Of a DNA stretch of 64,000 nucleotides, positions 28,892 to 38,303 are shown in pieces. The stretch is from an uncultured Synergistota bacterium. Lineage in GTDB: Bacteria; Synergistota; JAGHAJ01. The first letter of the stretch is position 1; each line of letters opens with the position of its first letter. Position numbers and translations under genes: made by a program. The DNA lies in assembly GCA_964559865.1 (NCBI GenBank), contig CAZLJD010000041.1, positions 10,343 through 74,342 of the forward strand, in the 5' to 3' direction. The notes beneath the pieces were generated by a model. The model was not told where the DNA came from, made no database searches, and was given only the letters and a program-made list of their open reading frames with translations.

Positions 28892-29107
28892 AACGACCCC
28901 TCCTTTAATTCTAAACTAAATTAAATATCTGTGTTTAATAATACCATAAACATTCAAAAACATAAAGGGGATATACACGGCCGGTAGTGGAGCAGAAGCG
29001 GAGGAGAAGTGGAAAAAGCAAAGTATGACAACTACTCACACCCACACATCAATTTCAGGAGTTGCACAATGTGTTAAAATACTTCTTGTGAAAGGAGGAG
29101 ATAATAG

Positions 29108-30058
29108 ATGACTATAATCATAATCCTGAAAGCGCTGGCAGAAGTGATAACTATTGCACTTATAGGTATTGTAGCCTTTCATCTCAAGATACTACCAGAG
29201 GAAAGCACCATGTATTTGAGTAAGCTTACCATAAATATCACATATCCTCTTTTGATATTCAGCAGTGTTATCAAAAAGTTCCCTACAGTAATGCACACTC
29301 CCTATTGGTGGTTGCTGCCAATTGTAAACTTTGCACTACTTGGTACAGGAAGCCTGATAGCTATAATCTATCTTCGCATGCATAAGAAAACACCGTTCAA
29401 AAGGGAATTCGTTATGCTTGCAGGATTTCACAACGGCGCATACTTACCACTGGTTCTCGTCGCTGCACTCTTCCCACAAGGCATGGCATCTGAGTATTTC
29501 GTTTACATATTCCTGTTCACCATGCTTTACGGACCATCCATGATAAGCATCTCAAAATATCTTTTCTCTGGTGAAACAGAGTTTAAACTGAAATACTTAA
29601 TAAGTACACCATTAATAGCACTAATAACATCTATCTTATTGGTGTTGCTACATGTCGACAACTATGTACCACTTATCCTTCTGCAGGCATTCGAAAAAGT
29701 GGGAAGCATGACAATACAACTTATACTTTTTACCCTCGGAGGTATTCTATACTTTTCACTAAAGAGAGAACGCTCCTTTCAGCTTCGATATGCTTTGCCT
29801 GCCAGTATAATAAAACTAATCTTGGTTCCCCTAATCTTCATACTAATAGTCTACTTAATACCCATGCCCCGATACATGCAGTTCCTCCTTATATTAGAAG
29901 CTGCTCAACCATCTGCCTTAAACATTACACTTCTAACACGCCTGTTTGGTGGGAACTACAACATATCGAGCCAATCTACACTAACTATCTATACCTTGAG
30001 CCTTGCCACATTGCCCATATTTACTGCTATCGCAGTAAAGCTAAGCGGTATTCAGTAA
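29108..30058 (+). CDS. AEC-family (auxin efflux carrier / malate permease-like) transporter
   Basis: About 10-TM protein with N-terminal LKALAEVITIALIGI typical of PF03547. Confidence 0.75.
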   Translation: MTIIIILKALAEVITIALIGIVAFHLKILPEESTMYLSKLTINITYPLLIFSSVIKKFPTVMHTPYWWLLPIVNFALLGTGSLIAIIYLRMHKKTPFKREFVMLAGFHNGAYLPLVLVAALFPQGMASEYFVYIFLFTMLYGPSMISISKYLFSGETEFKLKYLISTPLIALITSILLVLLHVDNYVPLILLQAFEKVGSMTIQLILFTLGGILYFSLKRERSFQLRYALPASIIKLILVPLIFILIVYLIPMPRYMQFLLILEAAQPSALNITLLTRLFGGNYNISSQSTLTIYTLSLATLPIFTAIAVKLSGIQ

Positions 30059-30060
30059 AA

Positions 30061-31032
30061 CTACCTATCGTACAGGTGACACGCTACGAAGTGCCCATCT
30101 TCCACCTCTAACATTTTGGGTTCCTGCAACTTACATATATCCATTGCCTTTGGGCACCTAGGGTGGAACCTACATCCCTGTGGGGGGTTGGCAGGACTCG
30201 GGACATCTCCTTGAAGTATTACCCTCCGCTTCCTGAAATCCGGATTAGGCACAGGCACTGCAGAGATTAGCGCCTCTGTGTATGGATGCAACGGATTGTC
30301 AAAAAGCTGCCTCTTACGGGCAATTTCTACTATCTTTCCCAAATACATCACTATTATTCTATCACTTATGTGCTTTATCACACTCAAATCATGCGCAATG
30401 AATATATATGTCAGGCCAAACTCCTTCTGCAAATCCTCAAGAAGGTTTATGACCTGAGACCTTATGGAGACATCAAGAGCAGAGACTGCTTCATCACAGA
30501 CTATGAGCTTTGGATTAAGTGCGAGTGCCCGTGCTATACCTATTCTCTGTCTCTGTCCACCACTAAACTCGTGTGGAAACCTGTTCATATAATCTGGTGA
30601 CAAACCAACTTTCTGGAGTAAATCACCAACTATCTTGATCCTCTGAGCTCTATCATACAAATTATGGCTCAACAAACCCTCAGCTATTATATCCTTAACC
30701 CTCATTCTCGGGTCAAGAGAACTATATGGGTCCTGAAAGATAATCTGCAAGTTTCTACGTTCTTTCCTCATCTCCTCTGGAGGTAACTCAGCCAGATTTT
30801 TGCCCTGAAACACTACCTCACCAGAGGTAGGCTCTTCCAATCTGAGGATAGTAAGTCCCGTAGTAGTCTTACCACAACCAGATTCTCCAACCAGACCAAG
30901 CGTTTCACCCTCATACACATCAAAAGATACATCATCTACTGCCTTTATCCATCCCACAACTCTCCTAAATACTCCCTTCTTTATAGGGAAATACTTTACA
31001 AGATGCTTTACTTCTAACAACGGTTTCTCCAT
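30061..31032 (-). CDS. oppF: Oligopeptide/dipeptide ABC transporter ATP-binding protein (OppF/DppF type)
   Basis: Walker [10 protein letters not shown], signature LSGGQRQR, Walker [13 protein letters not shown]-terminal CRFHPRCP. Confidence 0.9.
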   Translation of the reverse strand: MEKPLLEVKHLVKYFPIKKGVFRRVVGWIKAVDDVSFDVYEGETLGLVGESGCGKTTTGLTILRLEEPTSGEVVFQGKNLAELPPEEMRKERRNLQIIFQDPYSSLDPRMRVKDIIAEGLLSHNLYDRAQRIKIVGDLLQKVGLSPDYMNRFPHEFSGGQRQRIGIARALALNPKLIVCDEAVSALDVSIRSQVINLLEDLQKEFGLTYIFIAHDLSVIKHISDRIIVMYLGKIVEIARKRQLFDNPLHPYTEALISAVPVPNPDFRKRRVILQGDVPSPANPPQGCRFHPRCPKAMDICKLQEPKMLEVEDGHFVACHLYDR

Positions 31033-31035
31033 ACT

Positions 31036-32046
31036 CTACACCCCTACCAGCAAACCCTTTTGGACTTCTCTTCTTATTGCATCCATATTCCAACACCTAA
31101 CCCAGTGTCCCTCTTCTACCTCAATAAGAGGCGGATCTTCCTCTCTACACCTATCAATAGCATAGTGACACCTCGTATTAAAGCCGCAACCATTAGGAAA
31201 GTGCAGTGGATCAGGCACAACACCCGGTATCGCATTCAATCTATCTACTTCAACATCTAATCTTGGTATAGAGGTTAAAAGTCCAAATGTATAAGGATGC
31301 AACGGCCTGTGGAATATAGTTTTAACATCTGCATACTCCACCACCTTACCTGCATACATGACAACCACTCTATCAGCTATCTCCGCTATCACTCCAAGAT
31401 CATGCGTTATCATTATCAAAGAGGCCCCATATTCTTTCTGTAAGGATTTCATCAAATCCAATATCTGTGCCTGAATCGTAACATCAAGAGCAGTAGTAGG
31501 TTCATCTGCTATAATAAGAGAGGGATTACACGAAAGTGCCATAGCTATCATAGCCCTCTGTCTCATACCACCACTCAACTGGTGTGGGTACTCATGTACC
31601 CTCTGCTCAGGTATGGGGATACCAACTTTCCTAAGGAGCTCAATGGAGTGTTTCATCGCCTCCTTTTCACTCATCTTCAAATGTATCATGAGTGCTTCCG
31701 AGATCTGATATCCCACCGTAAATACTGGATTTAAAGCAGTCATGGGTTCCTGAAATATCATTGCAATTTCTTTCCCACGAATCTGCCTCATCTCCTCATA
31801 ACTCTTCTTAGTGAGATCCTCCCCCTTAAAGATAATTTCACCAGCAACTATCTTACCAGGATAATCCACAAGCCCCATTATAGAAAGTGCAGTCACACTC
31901 TTCCCACAACCAGATTCTCCCACTATTCCCAGCGTTTCTCCTTCATATACCTCAAAATCAACCCCCCTAACTGCTTTCACCACACCGTCTTCCGTAAAAA
32001 AGTGCGTTTGCAGTCCTCTAAGTTTTAACAGAGGTTCTCTCATCAC
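31036..32046 (-). CDS. oppD: Oligopeptide/dipeptide ABC transporter ATP-binding protein (OppD/DppD type)
   Basis: [17 protein letters not shown] and [11 protein letters not shown] motifs. Confidence 0.9.
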   Translation of the reverse strand: MMREPLLKLRGLQTHFFTEDGVVKAVRGVDFEVYEGETLGIVGESGCGKSVTALSIMGLVDYPGKIVAGEIIFKGEDLTKKSYEEMRQIRGKEIAMIFQEPMTALNPVFTVGYQISEALMIHLKMSEKEAMKHSIELLRKVGIPIPEQRVHEYPHQLSGGMRQRAMIAMALSCNPSLIIADEPTTALDVTIQAQILDLMKSLQKEYGASLIMITHDLGVIAEIADRVVVMYAGKVVEYADVKTIFHRPLHPYTFGLLTSIPRLDVEVDRLNAIPGVVPDPLHFPNGCGFNTRCHYAIDRCREEDPPLIEVEEGHWVRCWNMDAIRREVQKGLLVGV

Positions 32047-32978
32047 AGTTCTCCCCTCAATCTGGGATCAAGTATATCCCTTAGAGTGTCTCCTATAAGG
32101 TTCCACGCAAGGACAAATAGAGCTATAAATAAAGCCGGAAAGAAAACGGTATACCAATACTGAAAGGCGTGTCCAGGAGAACCAACAATCCAATTCCTTG
32201 CAAAACTTGCCATCTGTCCCCAGTCAGCATAACCTTCAGGTGCACCCACTCCAAGGAAGCTTAAAGCAGACGCTGTAACCACCATGGAGCCCGTATCCAT
32301 AGAAGCCTGCACTAATACAGGGAATATGGTATTGGGTAACAGATGCCTCAGTATTATTCTACCATCCTTTACGCCAAGTGCCTTCGCTGCCATTACATAA
32401 ACATCCTCCCTAACTGCAAGAATACTACCCCTTATAACCCTTGCATACCCCATCCACCCAAAGACGATAAGCGCTATTATGACCTTATCCAACCCTTTGC
32501 CAAGAATAGTAGTAAGCACCATTGCAGCAACGAGGAAAGGAAAAGAGAGGAATACATCCGTAAATCTCATCAACACTTCGTCCAGCCACCCACCAAAGTA
32601 AGCAGCAACAGAACCCACAAATATCCCTATTATCATAGCGACCCCTACCGTAATTATCCCTACTTTAAATGCTGTCCTCGTACCCCACACAAGCCCGTAA
32701 AATATATCGTATCCACCCTGCTCCGTGCCGAGCAGAGCTTTAGTGAGCTTCACCTTCTTACCCATCTGTTCATATATCTCTCTTATATTATCTGACATAG
32801 GCGTACCAGGTGGTTGGGGATTAACATTCCAAGACATTCTCGGAACCTGATATGGGTCGTCAGAGAGAGGTGGAGCAATAATCGGAGCAAGTAAGGCTAT
32901 CACAATAAAAAAAATGAGTAAAACTATACCTACTAAAGAGGCTGTATTACTCAAAAGCTTCTTTATAACTCTCTTCAT
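32043..32978 (-). CDS. oppC: ABC transporter permease (OppC/DppC type)
   Basis: Polytopic membrane protein with the EAA-like motif. Confidence 0.9.
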   Translation of the reverse strand: MKRVIKKLLSNTASLVGIVLLIFFIVIALLAPIIAPPLSDDPYQVPRMSWNVNPQPPGTPMSDNIREIYEQMGKKVKLTKALLGTEQGGYDIFYGLVWGTRTAFKVGIITVGVAMIIGIFVGSVAAYFGGWLDEVLMRFTDVFLSFPFLVAAMVLTTILGKGLDKVIIALIVFGWMGYARVIRGSILAVREDVYVMAAKALGVKDGRIILRHLLPNTIFPVLVQASMDTGSMVVTASALSFLGVGAPEGYADWGQMASFARNWIVGSPGHAFQYWYTVFFPALFIALFVLAWNLIGDTLRDILDPRLRGEL

Positions 32979-32985
32979 GGCAGGT

Positions 32986-34023
32986 TCACTCCAATCTAAC
33001 CCGGGGATCTATAAGCGCATAAGACACATCAACTACAAGGTTACCTATTACCATAATAAACGCAAACAAAAGAGAGAAACCGAGAATCGAGGCATAGTCT
33101 AACTGCTGAGCAGCAGTTGCTGCCCACTGTCCCAATCCAGGAAAGTTAAATATCGTTTCCGTAATTACTACACCTCCAAGCATCTGAACTATCATCATAC
33201 CAGCTACAGTAACAACAGGTATTAGAGCATTTCTCTCAGCATGTTTGTATATAACAGTCTTTTCATCTACACCTTTTGCTCTCGCCGTCCTTATATAATC
33301 CTTCCTTAATGTTTCTAACATACTGGAACGTGCTATCCTTAATAGGTATGCCCAAGAAACATAAGAAAGTGTGATTATTGGAGCCACCAAATGGCGTAAA
33401 GCATCTAAAAACACATATCCATAGCCGTTTAACAAAGCATCTACCGTTATAAGCCCAGTATAACGGTGAAAAGATGGATTTGTATAAACTATATTTTGTG
33501 CCCACACGCTAAGTCTTCCCGGGGGTAACCATCCTAAGACGCCGTAGAAGAAAAACAAAACGAGCAAACCAAATATAAAAGTTGGTAGAGACCATCCTAT
33601 GACAGCAACAATTCGCAAGCTCTGGTCTATCGGGTCATTGTGATGAACAGCTGATACCACTCCCAACCATATACCAATAAGCACCACTGGAATAATAGAA
33701 TACAACACCAACTCCAGCGTTGCCGGAAACTTCTCCGCTATAGCAGTCGCAACCGGTTCATTTGCAACCTTAGACCACCCAAGGTTGAACTTCAACAACT
33801 TTCCAACCCATCTAAAGTAGCCCACGGGATACGGATCATCAAGGTGATACTTTTTTATTAGCCTCTCCGAAGCAGCAGCACTCTTAAGTGCGTTTGGATT
33901 GTTTACATAAGTAGCAAGCCTCTCAAGTGGAGATAAAAGAGAATACACGGAGAAGATGAGAAATGTAACACCAAAGAGTATCAACGGCAAAAGCAACAAC
34001 CTTCGCAAAATGTAGGAAAGCAT
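32986..34023 (-). CDS. oppB: ABC transporter permease (OppB/DppB type)
   Basis: MLSYILRRLLLLPLILFGVTFLIF N-terminus and permease architecture. Confidence 0.9.
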   Translation of the reverse strand: MLSYILRRLLLLPLILFGVTFLIFSVYSLLSPLERLATYVNNPNALKSAAASERLIKKYHLDDPYPVGYFRWVGKLLKFNLGWSKVANEPVATAIAEKFPATLELVLYSIIPVVLIGIWLGVVSAVHHNDPIDQSLRIVAVIGWSLPTFIFGLLVLFFFYGVLGWLPPGRLSVWAQNIVYTNPSFHRYTGLITVDALLNGYGYVFLDALRHLVAPIITLSYVSWAYLLRIARSSMLETLRKDYIRTARAKGVDEKTVIYKHAERNALIPVVTVAGMMIVQMLGGVVITETIFNFPGLGQWAATAAQQLDYASILGFSLLFAFIMVIGNLVVDVSYALIDPRVRLE

Positions 34024-34086
34024 GCTTCACCTCCTCTTTTTACTGAAAAGGGGAGACAGCTATGTGTCTCCCCCTACCAAGCGCAA

Positions 34087-35934
34087 CTACTTGCTCAGTG
34101 TGTAGAAATCCTGCCCAGGTCTTATAGCATTATAGTACCAACCTTTTACCCATGTTCTTTCAACATGGAAAACTATATTCTGATACAGGTAGAGCGAAAT
34201 GGCATAGTCGTGTGCAATCTTCACAAGTTTCTTATACAGAGCTGCCCTCTTCTTAGGGTCGGTCTCCCTAATAGCCTTCTTTATAAGAGGATCCACATTC
34301 TTCTTGGCAAACTCTATGTATGCCTTTCCAAAGTTTGAGCTGTACGCTCCAGTGCTACCCATATATGTAGGTATAAAGTTATGTGGGTCAGGATAATCTG
34401 CAAGCCAACCTATAGTAAATATCGGCATCTTTTCTGTCCTGTAGAGTTCAAGATAAGCAGACCACTGAACTCCTACAGGTTCAATTTTGAACTTTGGATT
34501 TATCATCTTTGCGTAAGTTGCTATCATGTCACACGCCATCTTACGAGTGTCATTTCCAGAGTTGTAGAATATCTTAAACTTAAACCCTTTCTCCCATACC
34601 TTACCTCCCCAGGCCTTCTTAAACTCTTCCCTTGCCTTCTTAATACTAAAGTGGTAGAAAAGGGAAGGATCATCAGAGTACCCCAGCAACCCCTTGACAA
34701 GAGGCCCTGGATTTCTTATAGCTAACCCATTTAACGCCTTCTTTATAAAGAGCTCATACGGGAACAGGTAAGAAAATGCCTTTCTCACATGCACATCAGA
34801 GAAGAAGTTCGGAGGGATACCGTTACCATCAAGTTTACCACTACCTATGTAAGGATTGCCCTTTGCGTTGATCGTCCATGGCCACATACTAACAACATTC
34901 ATTAGGCCCGGCAATCCCTTTATAACTCTGACCCCTTTCATATGCTCTACCTCTTTAAGGTTTGCAGGTGGAACATACACTATATCTGCATCGCCTTTTT
35001 GCAACATAAGCTTCCTTGTGGTCCACTCATCCACATACTTGATAACAACTTCTTTTATCTTTGCAGGGCCACGCCAGTAGTCGTCAAATCTCTCAAGGAT
35101 AACTGCCTGGCTCTTTATCCACTTCTTGAGGATAAATGGGCCAGAACCATTCTCCTTAGCATACAGAGGATCTTTGGCTCTATCCGGATCGTGATACTTC
35201 CACCATGTATCGGCCCTACCATCCCATGCTCCCTGAGCAATAGCCCACTTTTTGTCTATAATAGAACCCCAACTGCCACTGTGCGCCAGTATAGAAAGGA
35301 ATGGTGCATAAGGCTGTGCAAGGTGGAATACCACATTGTTACCCTTAACCTCTACTGCCTTGTTCACATAGTCAGTAACAACTTTTATCATTGCCTTTTT
35401 ATACTGTGGCTTGAGCACCTTTTTGCCATTCTTGTCTGTTGTAAACATATCAGAGTACTTCTTTACACCTGCAACTTTTACTGCAAGCTCTTCAATGCTG
35501 TCTACACCCAAAAGCGGTTCACAAAGCATCCACACAGGGCCACCAGACCTGTCAAAAATCAAAGCCCTTCTGAAGCTGTAAGCTACATCTTCAGGAGTAA
35601 GAATATCACCGTTATGGAACTTAACGCCTTTCCTTATAGGAAAGATATAAGTAAGCCCCCCATCCTTAATGAGCCCATTCTCCTTTGATGGCACCTTCGT
35701 TGCAATCATAGGCTCAAATTCTTTTAGGCTTGAACCTTTGTAGTTTATAAGGTTATCGTAAAGATTGTAGATTACCTCGCCGCTTGCAGTATCGTAGCTC
35801 CAATGAGGATCCATAGTTGCGGGACCACCAATGGTAACCTCAATGATAGTGTTGGGATTCTTCACTGCTGCAAATGCTACTGAAGAAACCATCAACACCG
35901 CAACCAACACAATACCCAACCATTTTCCCTTCAA
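34087..35934 (-). CDS. oppA: ABC transporter substrate-binding protein, family 5 (peptide/oligosaccharide-binding)
   Basis: Signal peptide, 615 aa, SBP_bac_5 architecture. Confidence 0.9.
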   Translation of the reverse strand: MKGKWLGIVLVAVLMVSSVAFAAVKNPNTIIEVTIGGPATMDPHWSYDTASGEVIYNLYDNLINYKGSSLKEFEPMIATKVPSKENGLIKDGGLTYIFPIRKGVKFHNGDILTPEDVAYSFRRALIFDRSGGPVWMLCEPLLGVDSIEELAVKVAGVKKYSDMFTTDKNGKKVLKPQYKKAMIKVVTDYVNKAVEVKGNNVVFHLAQPYAPFLSILAHSGSWGSIIDKKWAIAQGAWDGRADTWWKYHDPDRAKDPLYAKENGSGPFILKKWIKSQAVILERFDDYWRGPAKIKEVVIKYVDEWTTRKLMLQKGDADIVYVPPANLKEVEHMKGVRVIKGLPGLMNVVSMWPWTINAKGNPYIGSGKLDGNGIPPNFFSDVHVRKAFSYLFPYELFIKKALNGLAIRNPGPLVKGLLGYSDDPSLFYHFSIKKAREEFKKAWGGKVWEKGFKFKIFYNSGNDTRKMACDMIATYAKMINPKFKIEPVGVQWSAYLELYRTEKMPIFTIGWLADYPDPHNFIPTYMGSTGAYSSNFGKAYIEFAKKNVDPLIKKAIRETDPKKRAALYKKLVKIAHDYAISLYLYQNIVFHVERTWVKGWYYNAIRPGQDFYTLSK

Positions 35935-36108
35935 AACTATCCCTCCTTTTACACATTTTTAATAATTATACCACCCCAAAAGGGCTTGTAAAAGTACAAA
36001 ACATACTAAAAGGTCCAAAACCGCAATAATGTCCTACCTTCTAACCCAAAGAAATTACCTTATACAGTAGGGTAGCCTCTCTCAGTCTTCTAAAACTCCC
36101 ATTTAAAC

Positions 36109-36116
36109 TGTATAAT
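36109..36116 (+). promoter_or_regulatory. Extended -10 (TGTATAAT) 10 nt upstream of the tmcAL start
   Basis: ctgTATAATacattaagtATG gives a very short leader. Confidence 0.35.
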
Positions 36117-36125
36117 ACATTAAGT

Positions 36126-37331
36126 ATGAAAGTCATGGGTATAGTAGTGGAATACAACCCATTTCATTTTGGCCATCAATACCATATAGAAGAAGGGAAA
36201 AGGGTTACAGGCGCAGAGGCAGTAGTCGCTGTAATGAGTGGGAACTTTTTGCAAAGAGGAGAGCCAGCTATAGCCGACAAATGGGCACGCACGGAAATAG
36301 CGCTCTCGCAAGGTATAGATCTTTTAATAGAGTTACCCACCGTCTTTTCCTGCCACAACGCAGGTGTATTTGCAAAAGGAGCTATCTCAATATTAAACTC
36401 AACAGGAGTTGTAAACTATCTTGTATTTGGCAGTGAAGAAGGAAAAATAGAAAGCTTACTTAAAGCAGCCAAAGTACTTGCCAACGAAAGTCCAGAGTTC
36501 AAAAGGAACCTTCACAGCTTCTTAAAAGAAGGCCTATCTTACCCCGACGCACAGAGCAGAGCCCTATCACAACTAACTGACTTATCTGCAAACGAACTTG
36601 GCAAACCAAACAACATACTCGGCATAGAGTACCTGAAACAGCTACTACTTCTGAAGAGTCCAATACATCCTATAACCATAAAAAGGTTACACTCAAACTA
36701 CCACGATACCGAGGTGAAGGGGAAAATATCCAGTGCAACTGCCATAAGGGAGCTAATAACAAGAAAAGGCATAGAATCAGCAAGAAGCTACCTACCTACT
36801 AACTCATACGAAATACTCAAGAGAGAGGCAGAAAACGGCAGAGCCCCCATAACACTGCACGACTTTTCCAACCTTATACTATACCAGATAAGGAAGGGTG
36901 TAGAGATACCAGAAGCCAGAGAAGGCATAGAAAATAGAATAAGAAGGGCTGCTTTTATCTCCACAAACATAAAAGAGCTAATAGGGAGTATAAAAACCAA
37001 GAGGTATACAAAGACAAAGATACAGAGAATGCTCATCCACGCATTGCTGGAACTCACCGAGCACGACAACAAAACCTTTCAAAGATCAGGACCACAATAC
37101 ATAAGGGTACTGGGTTTTACAGAAAAGGGCAGAAACATCTTAAAACAAATGAAACAAACAGCATCTCTTCCCGTCATTCTGAAACCGCATTTGCAGAATG
37201 AAAAACACCCAGCTACTTCAATGCTCAAATACGACATCAGGGCTACATGGATATACGCACTCGCATTCAGGGAGAGTTCTCTAAGAAGGGGAGATACTGA
37301 GTTCAAAAGACATCCTATCTATCTTTGCTAA
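36126..37331 (+). CDS. tmcAL: tRNA(Met) cytidine acetate ligase (YlbM/TmcAL nucleotidyltransferase family)
   Basis: GIVVEYNPFHFGHQYHIEEGKRVTGAEAVVAVMSGNFLQRGEPAIADKWARTEIAL matches the B. subtilis YlbM N-terminus. Confidence 0.8.
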   Translation: MKVMGIVVEYNPFHFGHQYHIEEGKRVTGAEAVVAVMSGNFLQRGEPAIADKWARTEIALSQGIDLLIELPTVFSCHNAGVFAKGAISILNSTGVVNYLVFGSEEGKIESLLKAAKVLANESPEFKRNLHSFLKEGLSYPDAQSRALSQLTDLSANELGKPNNILGIEYLKQLLLLKSPIHPITIKRLHSNYHDTEVKGKISSATAIRELITRKGIESARSYLPTNSYEILKREAENGRAPITLHDFSNLILYQIRKGVEIPEAREGIENRIRRAAFISTNIKELIGSIKTKRYTKTKIQRMLIHALLELTEHDNKTFQRSGPQYIRVLGFTEKGRNILKQMKQTASLPVILKPHLQNEKHPATSMLKYDIRATWIYALAFRESSLRRGDTEFKRHPIYLC

Positions 37332-37797
37332 AATGTTCTTTCATGTATCGCACCACAACATCAGGCACAAGGTCACTCACGGATCCCCCGTAACTGAAAA
37401 TCTCCTTCACTATCTTTGAGCTCACAAATGACCTATCTGCCCTGGTAACCAAGAATATAGTTTCGACCTCGGGGTCTAACTTCTTGTTCATCAAAGCAAG
37501 CTGAAACTCATATTCAAAGTCGCTGAGAGCCCTCAGTCCCCTTATAACAACCTTTATACTTTTTTTTCTAAGATACTCCACCAGTAGGCCCGAAAATCCT
37601 TCAACCTCTACATTCGGAATGTGCTTTGTAGCTTCTTGGACCATCTCTATTCTCTTTCCGAGAGGAAATGTTGGATACTTATTTCTACTTTCAGAGACCG
37701 CAACCACAAGCCTATCGCATATCTTTGCACCTCTCTCTATCACATCGAGATGACCGTAAGTAAGGGGATCAAATGTACCAGCGTAAACAGCATCCAC
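37315..37797 (-). CDS. coaD: Phosphopantetheine adenylyltransferase
   Basis: AVYAGTFDPLTYGHLDVI motif. Start placed at GTG 37797, 9 nt after AGGAGG, rather than 37806. Confidence 0.9.
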   Translation of the reverse strand: MDAVYAGTFDPLTYGHLDVIERGAKICDRLVVAVSESRNKYPTFPLGKRIEMVQEATKHIPNVEVEGFSGLLVEYLRKKSIKVVIRGLRALSDFEYEFQLALMNKKLDPEVETIFLVTRADRSFVSSKIVKEIFSYGGSVSDLVPDVVVRYMKEHFSKDR

Positions 37798-37802
37798 AAA
37801 AA

Positions 37803-38303
37803 TCACTCCTCCTTTGGAATATTATCTATCTTCAGGATACCCAAAGCCGTATCCCCGTAAATATACTCCTTTTCAACTATCTCCTTGTCCACATCACCTT
37901 TTCTGTACTCTGCAATCAACCAACCACCTTCACCAACAACACTAAACCTCCTTATCAGTCTTACAACTCTTTCCACATATCCCTTACCGTAAGGAGGATC
38001 CATAAAAACAATATCAAATTTAAGACCTTTATCGTAAAGATATCTCAAGGCTCTAAGGACATCCATACCAACAACAAACCCACTATTTATTCCCATCCCC
38101 TTTAGTCTCTCTCTTATTGCACTGGCAAGTAGCTTGTCCTTTTCAACCCAAACAACCATATCCGCACCCTTTTCCAAAACCTTAAAGCCCACATTACCTG
38201 TACCAGCAAAAAGATCGAGAAATCTCACTCCATAAACATCTCCCACTATATTAAGCAAAGCCCCCAATACAAGAGAAGTAGTAGGCCTCAGGCTCCTGCC
38301 CAA
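37803..38303 (-). CDS. rsmD: 16S rRNA (guanine966-N2)-methyltransferase
   Basis: LDLFAGTGNVG and FMDPPY motifs. Confidence 0.85.
   Translation of the reverse strand: MGRSLRPTTSLVLGALLNIVGDVYGVRFLDLFAGTGNVGFKVLEKGADMVVWVEKDKLLASAIRERLKGMGINSGFVVGMDVLRALRYLYDKGLKFDIVFMDPPYGKGYVERVVRLIRRFSVVGEGGWLIAEYRKGDVDKEIVEKEYIYGDTALGILKIDNIPKEE

Noticed and set aside
29062-29080. Apparent TTGCAC...TAAAAT promoter upstream of the AEC transporter
   Set aside because: The spacer between the hexamers is only 7 nt, so it is not a functional sigma70 geometry. The true promoter is probably elsewhere in the 216-nt region.
34942-35688. 248-aa plus-strand ORF inside the oppA-like SBP gene
   Set aside because: Antisense to a 615-aa family-5 SBP with clear architecture, and it has no RBS.
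37798-37806. First GTG (37806) as the coaD start
   Set aside because: It directly abuts the AGGAGG with zero spacing. The second GTG at 37797 has ideal 9-nt spacing and gives the canonical PPAT N-terminal length.
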